Translations under genes and position numbers: made by a program
Assembly: GCA_963754925.1 (NCBI GenBank)
Contig: CAVWHX010000009.1
Location: 32,001 to 96,000 of the forward strand
Length of the DNA: 64,000 bases
Direction: 5' to 3'
From: an uncultured delta proteobacterium
GTDB lineage: Bacteria > Myxococcota > B64-G9
In this document: in pieces, positions 23,555 to 33,160 of the stretch
Position numbering within the stretch: the stretch's first letter is position 1
Layout: each line of letters begins with the position of its first letter
The notes under the pieces: generated by a model
Told to the model about the DNA's origin: nothing
The model's input: only the letters and a program-made list of their open reading frames with translations
Database searches by the model: none

Positions 23555-23700
23555 GCCTCGGCGTCCGGGGAAAACTTTTTGCCTCCACGGAATAGGTGGT
23601 TTATTCTTCCTGTCCATCGATGTTTCTCTTCGCCACCCGGCAGATCCCATAGCCAGCCGACTTGCGCTGCGAGCCAGCGCTGCAGCGGGTAAGTTGACAA
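23551..23700 (+). pseudogene. Remnant of a phoR-like kinase N-terminus
   Basis: GTGA overlap with the regulator stop. Reads MSLGVRGKLFAS versus MKLGIRSKLFLLS of PhoR at 43321; stops at 23593. Confidence 0.55.
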
Positions 23701-23731
23701 TTGTACTAAACACAAATAAAGGAGGGATTCA

Positions 23732-24007
23732 ATGAACAAGATGGATGTTCTAATGGTGAGTATCCCCCCGAGATGATTCAAAACTGGGGGTGGCTCCTGG
23801 CACTCGGCATCGGATTGGTGCTGTTGGGGATCGCCGCCGTCATTCGGTCCACGAAAGCCACGGTAATCTCGATGTGGTTTTTCGGATGGCTGCTATTGAT
23901 TGCAGCCGGTCTCGGGCCTGTGGGCGATCGGCCTTTTTATTGGAATCGATCTGGTGTTTTACGGATGGGCCTGGGTCGCGCTGGCACTTGACCTGCACAA
24001 TATGTGA
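23732..24007 (+). pseudogene. HdeD/DUF308 membrane protein, internally deleted
   Basis: N-terminus NWGWLLALGIGLVLLG..FGWLLLIAAG is joined out of frame to C-terminus PVSGLWAIGLFIGIDLVFYGW at GCCGGT. Confidence 0.7.
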
Positions 24008-24090
24008 GCTGGTGGGCAAGGCCGGGGAAGCGCGCTATTTGACGCGTTCATGAGCTAACTTTTATTCATCCTCTAGGTTTTGTAAAGCAC

Positions 24091-26007
24091 ATGGCATCCA
24101 AGAAAAAAAAGATTCGAATATCGATTGAAGAATCCGCCCGGTTACGGAAACTCATCAAACAGCTCAGTAAATTCCGCTCGAAGATGATCCTGCTCGAGTC
24201 GCGTCTTAAAGACCGACTTGAGGAGATCCACCCATCCTACCGGGCCAGCGCCCGCAATCTTATTCACTATATCGCCTTCCGTAGGCACGAAATCCGGCGT
24301 ATTCAAAAGCAGTTGATGGTGCTGGGTCTATCATCGCTCGGCCGCAGCGAGTCAGCCGTAATGGCCAACCTCAATGAGGTCATCAAGGCGCTTCATTCTC
24401 TGGCGAAGATTACAATGAAGAAGTCACTCAAGTACGACGTGCCGGTCAAGATCGACGAAGGCCGTCATTTAATCCAGGGGCACACTGAAGCACTCTTGGG
24501 ACAGCGGCCACAACATCGTTTCGTTCGGGTAATGGTCACCATGGCGACCGAGGCGGCGTACGACAAGACGCTCGTAAAAAAATTACTGGAGCAAGGTATG
24601 GATTGCATGCGCATCAACTGCGCCCACGACAGCCGCCCGGAATGGGAGAAGATGATTGAAAACCTCCGTATGGCAAGCAAGGAAACGGGCAAGAAATGTT
24701 GGGTGCTGATGGATCTGGCCGGGCCTAAGCTGCGCACCGGGCCGATCGAACCGGGCCCGAAGGTAATCAAATGGCGGCCGCAACGCGACGCCTTGGGTCG
24801 GGTGCTCCAGCCTGCAAGGATCTTGATGGTGTCGGCGGGGTCGCCTGCGGCCGAGCAGGTCTCTGATGCGGTGCTTACCCTGCCGCAACGCTGGGTCGCG
24901 GGTCTTCGAGCCGGGGACTTGATCAAATTCACCGACGCCCGCGGCGCCGGTCGCTCGATCACGATAACCAAGGAGATCGGTAATTGTCGTCTGGGCGAAT
25001 GCTCACGAACAGCCTACGTATCCTGCGGTACCATTCTTCTTTCCGGCAACCAAGTCCAGGGCGCGCGAAGTTTGAAGATCGAAAGTCAGGTCATGGTCGA
25101 AGAGCTGCCATCGCTCAAGCAACCAATTGTCCTCAAGACCGGTGACACCTTGGCGATCATGTGCTCTCACGAGCCGGGAAGACCTGCTCGGTTGAACCTT
25201 AAAGGCCAGGTGCTGAAACCGGCGAGCATCGGCTGCACACTGCCCGAGGCGTTTTCCCATGCTCGACCCGGCGAACGCATCTGGTTCGATGACGGGAAGA
25301 TAGGCGGCGTGATCGAATCGGTTAATCCGCAGCAGATCACGGTCAAGATCACCTTGGCTCGGCCTATGGGTGAGAAGCTTAACGCCGGCAAGGGTATCAA
25401 CCTTCCAGACAGCTCGATTCGCATTCCGGCGCTTTGTGAGAAAGACAAGGCTGATCTTGAGTTCGTGGCAAAGCATGCCGACCTGGTGGGGCTGTCATTT
25501 GCCCGCAGCGTTGCCGATGTGCGCGATCTGCAGGAGAATCTTGTTGCTCTCGGCGGTGCAAGGCTCGGCATCGTGGTCAAGATCGAAACTCGCAAGGCCT
25601 TCGAAATGCTTCCCGAGTTGATCCTCGCCGCCATGCGCAACCCCGCCGCAGGCATCATGATCGCTCGCGGCGATTTGGCGGTCGAATGCGGGTACGAGCG
25701 GTTGGCCGAAATCCAAGAGGAGATTCTATGGATCTGCGAAGCGGCGCACATCCCGGTCATCTGGGCCACCCAGGTGCTTGAGACCTTAGCGAAAGACGGC
25801 CTGCCCTCGCGAGCCGAGATCACCGACGCCGCCATGTCGGAGCGCGCCGAATGCGTGATGCTCAATAAAGGGCCGCACATCCTAGAGGCAATCGGATTGC
25901 TTGATGGAATCCTGCGGCGCATGGAGGCACACCAGAATAAGAAACGCGCGATGCTGCGCCGCTTGCACTGGTGGGCCCGGATTCAAAAGCGAATTATGAA
26001 TTGGTAA
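24091..26007 (+). CDS. pyk: Pyruvate kinase, long atypical form (N-terminal extension, insertion, no C-terminal alpha/beta domain)
   Basis: RINCAH, DLAGPKLRTG, KGINLP, KIET, MIARGDLAVE, ATQVLE, PSRAEITD motifs. Confidence 0.85.
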   Translation: MASKKKKIRISIEESARLRKLIKQLSKFRSKMILLESRLKDRLEEIHPSYRASARNLIHYIAFRRHEIRRIQKQLMVLGLSSLGRSESAVMANLNEVIKALHSLAKITMKKSLKYDVPVKIDEGRHLIQGHTEALLGQRPQHRFVRVMVTMATEAAYDKTLVKKLLEQGMDCMRINCAHDSRPEWEKMIENLRMASKETGKKCWVLMDLAGPKLRTGPIEPGPKVIKWRPQRDALGRVLQPARILMVSAGSPAAEQVSDAVLTLPQRWVAGLRAGDLIKFTDARGAGRSITITKEIGNCRLGECSRTAYVSCGTILLSGNQVQGARSLKIESQVMVEELPSLKQPIVLKTGDTLAIMCSHEPGRPARLNLKGQVLKPASIGCTLPEAFSHARPGERIWFDDGKIGGVIESVNPQQITVKITLARPMGEKLNAGKGINLPDSSIRIPALCEKDKADLEFVAKHADLVGLSFARSVADVRDLQENLVALGGARLGIVVKIETRKAFEMLPELILAAMRNPAAGIMIARGDLAVECGYERLAEIQEEILWICEAAHIPVIWATQVLETLAKDGLPSRAEITDAAMSERAECVMLNKGPHILEAIGLLDGILRRMEAHQNKKRAMLRRLHWWARIQKRIMNW

Positions 26008-26080
26008 ATTGGGGATTTCGAACTTTCGGCAATAGCAGTCATGGTAACGGCCATGGTAGGCGCATCCGCCATCTTGTAAA

Positions 26081-26135
26081 TTTACCCAATCATCTCCGCA
26101 ACGTCACTAAGCCGTCATACAAACCTGCGTATGAT
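26081..26135 (+). promoter_or_regulatory. Pho-box promoter of the acyltransferase
   Basis: GTCACT(26103) and GTCATA(26114), plus TTTACC(26081) in register; -10 TATGAT at 26130. Confidence 0.7.
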
Positions 26136-26179
26136 GGTTTCGTTATAACTGACCGCTCGCTGTACGAGAGGAGGTTAAT

Positions 26180-26971
26180 ATGGAACGAATTTACAGCCTT
26201 AGGACGTGGAGGTTAATTACCGCGACCTGGACTGCGCTCCGCGCGCTCGTTACAATCGGCCGCTTCTTCCGGGCAGTCTTCCGGCTCCTGACGTTTTTCT
26301 TCTGGTTGATGGGTTGCTGGTTTTTGGCCGTAGCCGGCATCGCGTTCTTGGCCCTTTTCAGCAAGAATGAGCGCTTGCGTTTCGGGATCTGGCTGCTGCA
26401 TCGCTTCATGCAGGGAGCTGGGCGGATCTTCGGTTTGGATATCCGCCGTGTGGGCGCCCTGCCGGAGCCCGGCAGCTTGATATTCGCCAACCACCGATCG
26501 TATATCGACGTCGTCGCGATCGGCAGCGTGGTGCCGACCGGCTACCTGGCCAAGGCCGAGGTGAGTCGCTGGCCGTTTATAGGCTCCGGCGGCCGCGCCT
26601 TGGGCGTTTTGTTCGTGCGGCGCTGCGATCCGGTCTCCTCTAAAGCGGCGACGAATGCCGTTGCCGATCGCCTGGCCGACGGATTTACCATGACCAATTT
26701 CCCTGACGGCACTACCACCGCTAAAAACAAGCCCGAATCCTTTCGAGTCGGGTTATTCCACCGCGTCGCTGGGCGACCGGTAACCGTGGCGCCCCTGTAC
26801 ATTAGTTACGAGGACGACGAGACCGATTGGATCGGTGCCGACTGGGTCGGGGATTCCACTTTCTTGGGACATCTTTTCCATCTCGCCATGCGGCCGTCGC
26901 TGCCGATCACGCTCACCTTCTCGACGCCCCTGCGGGCCGATCAGTATCCGGACGGCGAGGCTTTGCACTAG
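26180..26971 (+). CDS. PlsC-family lysophospholipid acyltransferase
   Basis: ANHRSYID (HX4D), AKAEV..WPFIG, FPDGTT. Confidence 0.85.
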   Translation: MERIYSLRTWRLITATWTALRALVTIGRFFRAVFRLLTFFFWLMGCWFLAVAGIAFLALFSKNERLRFGIWLLHRFMQGAGRIFGLDIRRVGALPEPGSLIFANHRSYIDVVAIGSVVPTGYLAKAEVSRWPFIGSGGRALGVLFVRRCDPVSSKAATNAVADRLADGFTMTNFPDGTTTAKNKPESFRVGLFHRVAGRPVTVAPLYISYEDDETDWIGADWVGDSTFLGHLFHLAMRPSLPITLTFSTPLRADQYPDGEALH

Positions 26972-27008
26972 CGGTAAAGGCGTTGTCAAAGGTGTCAACG
27001 TTTTCCCC

Positions 27009-29768
27009 TCACCCTTCGGGGTCCATATGCCAGGCTCCTAAATCGTCTAGCTCCCTATTTTCGCTCGCGATAGGGGGTTCGTCTATGAGACTTCCCTGCG
27101 CGTCACCGGAAAGTCCGATCTCTTGCAGCAGCGTATCAACGATGTGGTCCGAACGATAGGCCTTGGATCTCTCTATGGCCGCCTCGCGCATCCGTTGCTG
27201 GAGTTCACGATCCGTGAGAATGCGTACGACGGCGGCGGCGAGCTTGCCTCGGTCCTCGACCGTGAAACCGCACACCCCGTCCTGAATGATGTCTTTCGGC
27301 CCCTTGGTCCTATAGGCCACTACCGGCAGTCCCGACGCCAGCGCCTCGATCACCACGCAGCCGAAGGCATCGAAGCGGGAGGGCAGCACCAGGACGTCCG
27401 TCGCTGAGTAAATATGGGCGAGTTGTTCCGTCTCGATCCACGAAAGAAAGATCCCATCCGGAATCATCTCCCGCAATAGATCCTCGGCCGGTCCGGTCCC
27501 GACTATCACGAACCGGGCCAGGGGAACCTTTTTTCGCACCTCGTTGAGGATGGCGGGCAATTCCATCACACCCTTCTCCTCGCTGATGCGGCCGACGAAA
27601 AGGAGCAGTCGCTCATGCTCGCGCACCCCCGGCAACACTTCCGATCGAAGGGTTGGGTGATGGCCGAAGCGCTGGTCGGCCCAGTGAGCCGTCTGACGAA
27701 TCCGGCCGCGCGGGATCCCCATGGCGTCCGATGCAAACCACTCACGGTGCTCGGAGTTGAGCACGAAGAGTCCGTCGAAGCTGCGATAGAAGGCGCGCAG
27801 CAGGCGTCGAATGCGATCCACACTGTGGACGTCGAACTTGAGTGTCCGGCGCGCGAAGTCAATCCAGTCGGTGTGAACATAGAAGAAGGCGGGGACCGAG
27901 AAGGCGTGCTTAAGGTAGAGCGCCGCGAGGCCCATGAGTCCCTCGGTCGAGCAGAGGATGCGGTCGTAGCTGCCGTTGATAAACAGCCGCTGCAGCTCCA
28001 GGACATCAAAGGCGCGAATCGGTTGCTGCGGGTACCACGGCAGCGGGAGTTCCAGGACGGGTTTGAGGACCGCGAGGTGCTCGTCGGGTTTCATTGAGGC
28101 GTGACACACTGTGAAATCGATCGGCAGCTCGCGGCGGACGGCTTCGGCGTGCATGAGCCTCAGAACGTTTGCCACCCCGTTCCTGTCCGAGAAGGTGTCG
28201 GTGAGCCACAGCGCGCGTCGCGGGTGCTGGTGGCGCCCGATGGCCTGCGAGAACTCATCGAGCAGCGGCCGGTTGGCGAACAGCACCTTGGTGCTCGTGT
28301 ACATGCTCCCGCCGATCGCGAGCGCCGCCAGCGCGGGAAACGGCAATCCCTCCGCCATTGCAAGCAGATCAATAGTGCTCATGTCGCGTCTGGAAGATCC
28401 CCCATTGGCGCCGCCAAACAACGTACGCACATCGATCGGCAGCTCCAAACCTTGGACGAGTTCCCGAATTCCCTGGGGCGAGTCATCCCGGGGCTCCCGC
28501 TCGTACCGTTCGACCTTGGCCTGGATACGCCCTGCCAGGATGACATTGAGCTCATGGAAGATAGCTGGAATAGACAAGCGTAATTGATCCTGCATCGATG
28601 CAACCTGGTTACGACGCGTGTTAGCGATCCGATCGAGTTCTCTGATCAGCGGGCGATACTCCTTGGCGAAGGCGTATTTCTGCATGAAGCCGGGGCTTAC
28701 GCCGTGCAGCGCTTCATGCGCGGCGTCGATGAACCGGGACGTGTATCGGTGTCGGCGCAGCTCGGACATGCCGTTGGCGATGAGGAAAGCCCAGATTTTC
28801 TGACGGGCCGAGCCCTGGTGCAAGAGCATGCGGATAAGCCCTGGGTCGCTCGCGTTCCGAACGATCTGGCAAAAGTAGTCCAAAAATGAAGCCGCGAGCT
28901 TCTCCTCGCCGGTGTATGAGCCATACGGCGCGACATCGCCGTGTTTGAGCGCCTCCAGCACCAGCGACGACCGCGCTTCGGTCGCGAGGCGTTGGGTGAG
29001 GTCGGGGACACGGACACGGCTGCCGGCGGTGCCGACAAACAGCGCCATGTGGTCGTCGGAGCCGCCCGTCATCACCTTGTGCACCGGCCGTCGGCAGTAG
29101 GCGTCCGCCGGTATCCCCGCGCGGCGGGACAGGTCCGTGACGCGCTCCTCGTCCAAATTCTGGAGCCAGTCGACCACCAGCAAGTTTTGCCAGGTATCGC
29201 GCTGGCCGTTGATGACCTCGAAGTTATCGAACAGCAGGGTCAACTTCTCGATCAAGAGAAGGGTCGGTACATAGCGAGGGCCGTAAAAGTACAACGGGTG
29301 GGCAAGCACGGTGACCAGCTCGCGCTCTCGCGTATAAGCAAGGAATCGGTATAAGTCTCCCCGCAAGGCGCGCAACCGCTCCTCCTGGGACGGCGTGAAA
29401 CCGTAGGCGAGCACGTGCACCTGCACATCGAAGTCCGGCACATTGCAGGTGAACTCGGCCCCCACCAGAACGTCGATGCCGCGCTCCAGCAGATCAAAAC
29501 ACGAGCGGGCGTTATTGTGGTTGGTGATGGTGAATGCGGTCGCGCCGTTTTGCGCCAGAACTTCGCATACATCATTCGTGGAGACCCACGTTTCCGGCCA
29601 CCGGAGGATGCGGCCGAGCAGTTCGTCGGGAACGTCGCTGTTGAGATCGTGACAGTGAAGGTCGATGACCAAGGTCTCGTCCTCGGGAAAACGTTTCCGC
29701 TCCGCACTCACGAAGGCGTCCAGGTCGCATTTGAGGATCTCGCGAAATCTTCGGTCGTTGGTGCTCAT
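27009..29768 (-). CDS. PHP-domain phosphoesterase fused to a GT4 glycosyltransferase
   Basis: PHP motifs DLHCH, TNHN, GAE, AHP, GGSDDH. GT4 motifs TDTF...NGVA, FVGRISEEKG, PSRFDAFGCVVIEALASGLPVV. Confidence 0.85.
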   Translation of the reverse strand: MSTNDRRFREILKCDLDAFVSAERKRFPEDETLVIDLHCHDLNSDVPDELLGRILRWPETWVSTNDVCEVLAQNGATAFTITNHNNARSCFDLLERGIDVLVGAEFTCNVPDFDVQVHVLAYGFTPSQEERLRALRGDLYRFLAYTRERELVTVLAHPLYFYGPRYVPTLLLIEKLTLLFDNFEVINGQRDTWQNLLVVDWLQNLDEERVTDLSRRAGIPADAYCRRPVHKVMTGGSDDHMALFVGTAGSRVRVPDLTQRLATEARSSLVLEALKHGDVAPYGSYTGEEKLAASFLDYFCQIVRNASDPGLIRMLLHQGSARQKIWAFLIANGMSELRRHRYTSRFIDAAHEALHGVSPGFMQKYAFAKEYRPLIRELDRIANTRRNQVASMQDQLRLSIPAIFHELNVILAGRIQAKVERYEREPRDDSPQGIRELVQGLELPIDVRTLFGGANGGSSRRDMSTIDLLAMAEGLPFPALAALAIGGSMYTSTKVLFANRPLLDEFSQAIGRHQHPRRALWLTDTFSDRNGVANVLRLMHAEAVRRELPIDFTVCHASMKPDEHLAVLKPVLELPLPWYPQQPIRAFDVLELQRLFINGSYDRILCSTEGLMGLAALYLKHAFSVPAFFYVHTDWIDFARRTLKFDVHSVDRIRRLLRAFYRSFDGLFVLNSEHREWFASDAMGIPRGRIRQTAHWADQRFGHHPTLRSEVLPGVREHERLLLFVGRISEEKGVMELPAILNEVRKKVPLARFVIVGTGPAEDLLREMIPDGIFLSWIETEQLAHIYSATDVLVLPSRFDAFGCVVIEALASGLPVVAYRTKGPKDIIQDGVCGFTVEDRGKLAAAVVRILTDRELQQRMREAAIERSKAYRSDHIVDTLLQEIGLSGDAQGSLIDEPPIASENRELDDLGAWHMDPEG

Positions 29769-29849
29769 CGAAACGTCTTTACCTTCTTGGGCAATGGGTG
29801 GTGAAAAAACGAATACAAAATGTGCACGTTGGTATATTCTGCCGGTTTA

Positions 29850-29893
29850 AGATTACCGGGATGTTTTTGACAGAATGATGTTGATACGGTGAA
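29850..29893 (-). promoter_or_regulatory. Possible weak Pho-box promoter of the PHP-GT4 gene
   Basis: Minus strand TTCACC(29893) and GTCAAA(29871) lie 22 bp apart with a poor middle site; TAATCT lies 16 nt after the start of the last half-site. Confidence 0.35.
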
Positions 29894-29984
29894 TTCTTGG
29901 TGCGCTCTCTGATCAGCCATGACAATCGCGCATCGAGCTGATATAATGATCTCATGGTTTTATGGTGCATTGCGGAGCCTAAGC

Positions 29985-31169
29985 GTGGCCAAGAAATCCG
30001 AGATTAGCTGCATTGGAATTCTCACGGCAGGCGGGGATTGCCCCGGCCTCAACGCCGCCATTCGCGGCATAGCCAAGGCCGCCATCGCAGACTACGGCAT
30101 GAAGGTGCTCGGTATCCTCGACGGGTTCAGAGGCCTGATCGAGAACCGCTTTATTCCCCTGGACAACCAGGCGGTCAGCGGCATCCTCACCCATGGCGGG
30201 ACCATCCTCGGTACCGGCCGCGACAAGCTCCACAAGATACAAATGGGCAAACGGGTCATCGACATGACCGCCACCGCGGTCGAGAACGCCCACCGCATGG
30301 GTATCGAACGCCTCGTCTGTCTGGGCGGCGGCGGAACCCAGAAGAACGCACTCGCGCTGCAGAAGGCCGGGTTGCCGGTCCTCACCCTTCCCAAGACGAT
30401 CGACAACGACGTGGCTCAGACCGACATCTCCTTCGGCTTCGATACGGCCATGTACATCGCCACCGAGGCGGTTGACCGACTTCACACCACGGCAACCAGC
30501 CACAGCCGCCTTATCGTCTGCGAGGTCATGGGGCACAATGCCGGCTGGCTCGCCCTGGGCGCCGGCATGGCCGGCGGCGCCGACGTGATCCTGATCCCGG
30601 AGATGCCCTACGACCCGGAGGTCGTCGCCGAGTACCTGCTCGAGCGCAGGCGCCACGGCAAGCGTTTCTCCATTATCGTCGTTTCCGAGGGCGCACGCTC
30701 CAAACAAGAGATTGCGGCTCAGGGTCGGGAGGAAAACGGCGCAGCCAAGGACAAGAAGACGGCACGGAGCCGACACGAACTCGACGACAACGGATGCTCG
30801 GTCGTGCCCTATGTGCCTGACGGCGAGGACAATCTCGGACTCCAACTGGTGCAAGAGCCGCGGGCGAGCCGACTCGCCCGGCAGCTGCAGCAGCTCACCG
30901 GCACCGAAGCGCGCGTTACATCGCTGGGACACGTCCAGCGCGGCGGCACACCCACCCCGACGGATCGCCTCCTGTGCACGCGCCTTGGCACGCGCGCGGC
31001 GCAGCTTCTCGCCGAAGGGGCATCGAACGTCATGGTGGCCGTGCGCGGAGAGCGCTGCGAACCCGTGCCGCTCAATCGGGTCGCCGGCTTCAAGAAGGTG
31101 GTGCCGGCCAAACATCCGTGGCTCGAGGCGGCGCGGCTCGTGGATACCTGCCTGGGAATTAAAAAATAA
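29985..31169 (+). CDS. pfkA: 6-phosphofructokinase (PfkA family, group III-like)
   Basis: TAGGDCPGLNAAIR, GGTILGT, PKTIDND, EVMGH, LGHVQRGG; GTG start after GGAG. Confidence 0.9.
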   Translation: MAKKSEISCIGILTAGGDCPGLNAAIRGIAKAAIADYGMKVLGILDGFRGLIENRFIPLDNQAVSGILTHGGTILGTGRDKLHKIQMGKRVIDMTATAVENAHRMGIERLVCLGGGGTQKNALALQKAGLPVLTLPKTIDNDVAQTDISFGFDTAMYIATEAVDRLHTTATSHSRLIVCEVMGHNAGWLALGAGMAGGADVILIPEMPYDPEVVAEYLLERRRHGKRFSIIVVSEGARSKQEIAAQGREENGAAKDKKTARSRHELDDNGCSVVPYVPDGEDNLGLQLVQEPRASRLARQLQQLTGTEARVTSLGHVQRGGTPTPTDRLLCTRLGTRAAQLLAEGASNVMVAVRGERCEPVPLNRVAGFKKVVPAKHPWLEAARLVDTCLGIKK

Positions 31170-31193
31170 GTACAGACCTGCAAGGATTCTGTT

Positions 31194-32294
31194 TCAACTC
31201 CACGTCGCGACAAATGCTTCAATCTTTCGCCGGAGCTCATCACGCACAGAGCGATATACCGTTAGAACCTCGTCGTCGCTGCCTGATGCCGTCTGGGGAT
31301 CCTGCATGTCCCAGGATTCGACGTGAAGTTTGCCGGCGAGCACGGGACACCGTTCCGATGAGCAGAGCGTGATGACGGTATCGATGTCGCCGATCGGAAT
31401 CTCAGAAACGTTCTTCGGCCGCACGCCGGAGATGTCGATCCCGACCTCCCGCATCACCTGGACCGCCCGCGGGTCGACGCTCGGGTCGGGTTGCGAACCG
31501 GCGCTCCAGATACGCACGCCCTGCGGGAACAGCTTTGTCGCCCAGGCCTCAGCCATTTGACTTCGCGCGGCGTTACGGACGCATAAAAAGAGCACGCCGT
31601 GCGGCCGCGCCTTCTGTACGTGCAGTCTTCCCGGATGTCGAATATCCTTGCCGCGCGTCATGAACACGACCATTTCGGCCAGGTTGGTGGCGTGGTCTCC
31701 GATGCGTTCCAGATACTTGGCGATGGCCTGAACCCGGATGGCATTATGGATGGTCCTGGTGTCTTCAATCATGTAGGTCAGAAGCTCGCGAAACACCTGC
31801 CCGTAATACGCGTCCACCAGGTGGTCCCGTTCCAACACGGCCTGGGCCCGTTCGGCGCTTTGAGCCACAAATGCATCCAGGGAATCTCGAATCATGCCCT
31901 GCACCACGTCGGCCATCTTGGGCAGGTCGATATACGGTTTCAGCGGGGGTTCGTCGCTCAATTCGATGGTCCGTTCGCAGATATTGACGCCGATGTCTCC
32001 GATCCGCTCCAAGTCGGTCACGATTTTTAGCGCCGTGGTGATGAAGCGCAGGTCCGAGGCGACGGGTTGCCATCGGGCGAGAATTCGCAGGCAATGTTCA
32101 TCGATGGATACTTCGAGGCTGTCGATCTCGTTGTCGTAATCGATCATCCGGTGCGCGAGGTCGTTGTCCCGGTTGACGAGCGCCTTCATGCAGTTGGCCA
32201 GCATTTCCTCGACTTTGGCGCCCATCAGCAGTAGCTGCTCATGTAGCGTGCGCAACTCGCTTTCGTATTCGCGGTCTGTATGCTCACAACTCAT
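31194..32294 (-). CDS. phoU: PhoU fused to a C-terminal ArsC/LMW-PTP domain
   Basis: Two PhoU repeats (PVASDLR, DLERIGD, YLERIGDHATN), then FLCVRNAARSQMAE, TLCSSERCP, WDMQDP. Confidence 0.92.
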   Translation of the reverse strand: MSCEHTDREYESELRTLHEQLLLMGAKVEEMLANCMKALVNRDNDLAHRMIDYDNEIDSLEVSIDEHCLRILARWQPVASDLRFITTALKIVTDLERIGDIGVNICERTIELSDEPPLKPYIDLPKMADVVQGMIRDSLDAFVAQSAERAQAVLERDHLVDAYYGQVFRELLTYMIEDTRTIHNAIRVQAIAKYLERIGDHATNLAEMVVFMTRGKDIRHPGRLHVQKARPHGVLFLCVRNAARSQMAEAWATKLFPQGVRIWSAGSQPDPSVDPRAVQVMREVGIDISGVRPKNVSEIPIGDIDTVITLCSSERCPVLAGKLHVESWDMQDPQTASGSDDEVLTVYRSVRDELRRKIEAFVATWS

Positions 32295-32311
32295 AACGCT
32301 CCTCAATCCGA

Positions 32312-33160
32312 TCAGCCGAAGCGACCGGTAATGTAATCTTCCGTCCGTGGGTTGCTTGGCTTGGTAAACAGGGTATTGGTTTCGTTGTATTCGACCAGCT
32401 CGCCCAGGTAGAGAAACGCTGTGAAATGGGACACCCGGGCGGCTTGTTGCATATTGTGGGTCACTATAGCGATAGTATAACGCTGACCGAGCTCGTGGAT
32501 CAACTCCTCGATCTTGGACGTGGCAATCGGATCAAGCGCCGAGCACGGCTCGTCCATCAGCAGCACTTCCGGCTCCATCGCCAGCGCCCGGGCGATGCAC
32601 AAGCGCTGCTGCTGGCCGCCCGACAAGGTCGAACCCGAACGGTTGAGAATGTCCTTCACCTCACCCCACAAGGCGGTGCGATGGAGCGCCCGTTCGACGA
32701 TCTCATCGGCATGGTTGGCGTTCATACCATTGAGACGCAGGCCGGCGAGCACGTTATCGCGGATGGACATCGTGGGAAAGGGATTGGGCCTCTGAAACAC
32801 CATGCCGACCCGGCGCCGCACCAACACCGGATCGACCCCGCGTCCGTAGATATCAACGCCGTCGAGCAGCACCGTTCCGGCGGCGCGCGCGCCAGGCACC
32901 ACCTCGTGCATCCGGTTCATGCAGCGAATCAAGGTCGATTTTCCGCAGCCCGAGGGGCCGATGATCGCGGTCACGCGGTTCTGAATAACGGGAATGGAAA
33001 TCCCCTTCAAGGCCTCGGTCTTTCCAAACCAGGCGCGCAGGAGCTCGGTCCGCATCTTGTGTTCGGCGATCTCGCGATCGTCGAGGATCGCGGGAACCGC
33101 TGTTTCCGGTAGTGCTAGGGCCCTCGGAAAGGCAGCTTGAGTTTCAACGGTAGCATTCAT
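32312..33160 (-). CDS. pstB: Phosphate ABC transporter ATP-binding protein
   Basis: [49 protein letters not shown]. Confidence 0.97.
   Translation of the reverse strand: MNATVETQAAFPRALALPETAVPAILDDREIAEHKMRTELLRAWFGKTEALKGISIPVIQNRVTAIIGPSGCGKSTLIRCMNRMHEVVPGARAAGTVLLDGVDIYGRGVDPVLVRRRVGMVFQRPNPFPTMSIRDNVLAGLRLNGMNANHADEIVERALHRTALWGEVKDILNRSGSTLSGGQQQRLCIARALAMEPEVLLMDEPCSALDPIATSKIEELIHELGQRYTIAIVTHNMQQAARVSHFTAFLYLGELVEYNETNTLFTKPSNPRTEDYITGRFG

Noticed and set aside
29979..31115. 378-aa antisense ORF opposite pfkA (also 43282-43986 opposite phoB)
   Set aside because: Antisense shadows caused by codon bias of conserved genes.
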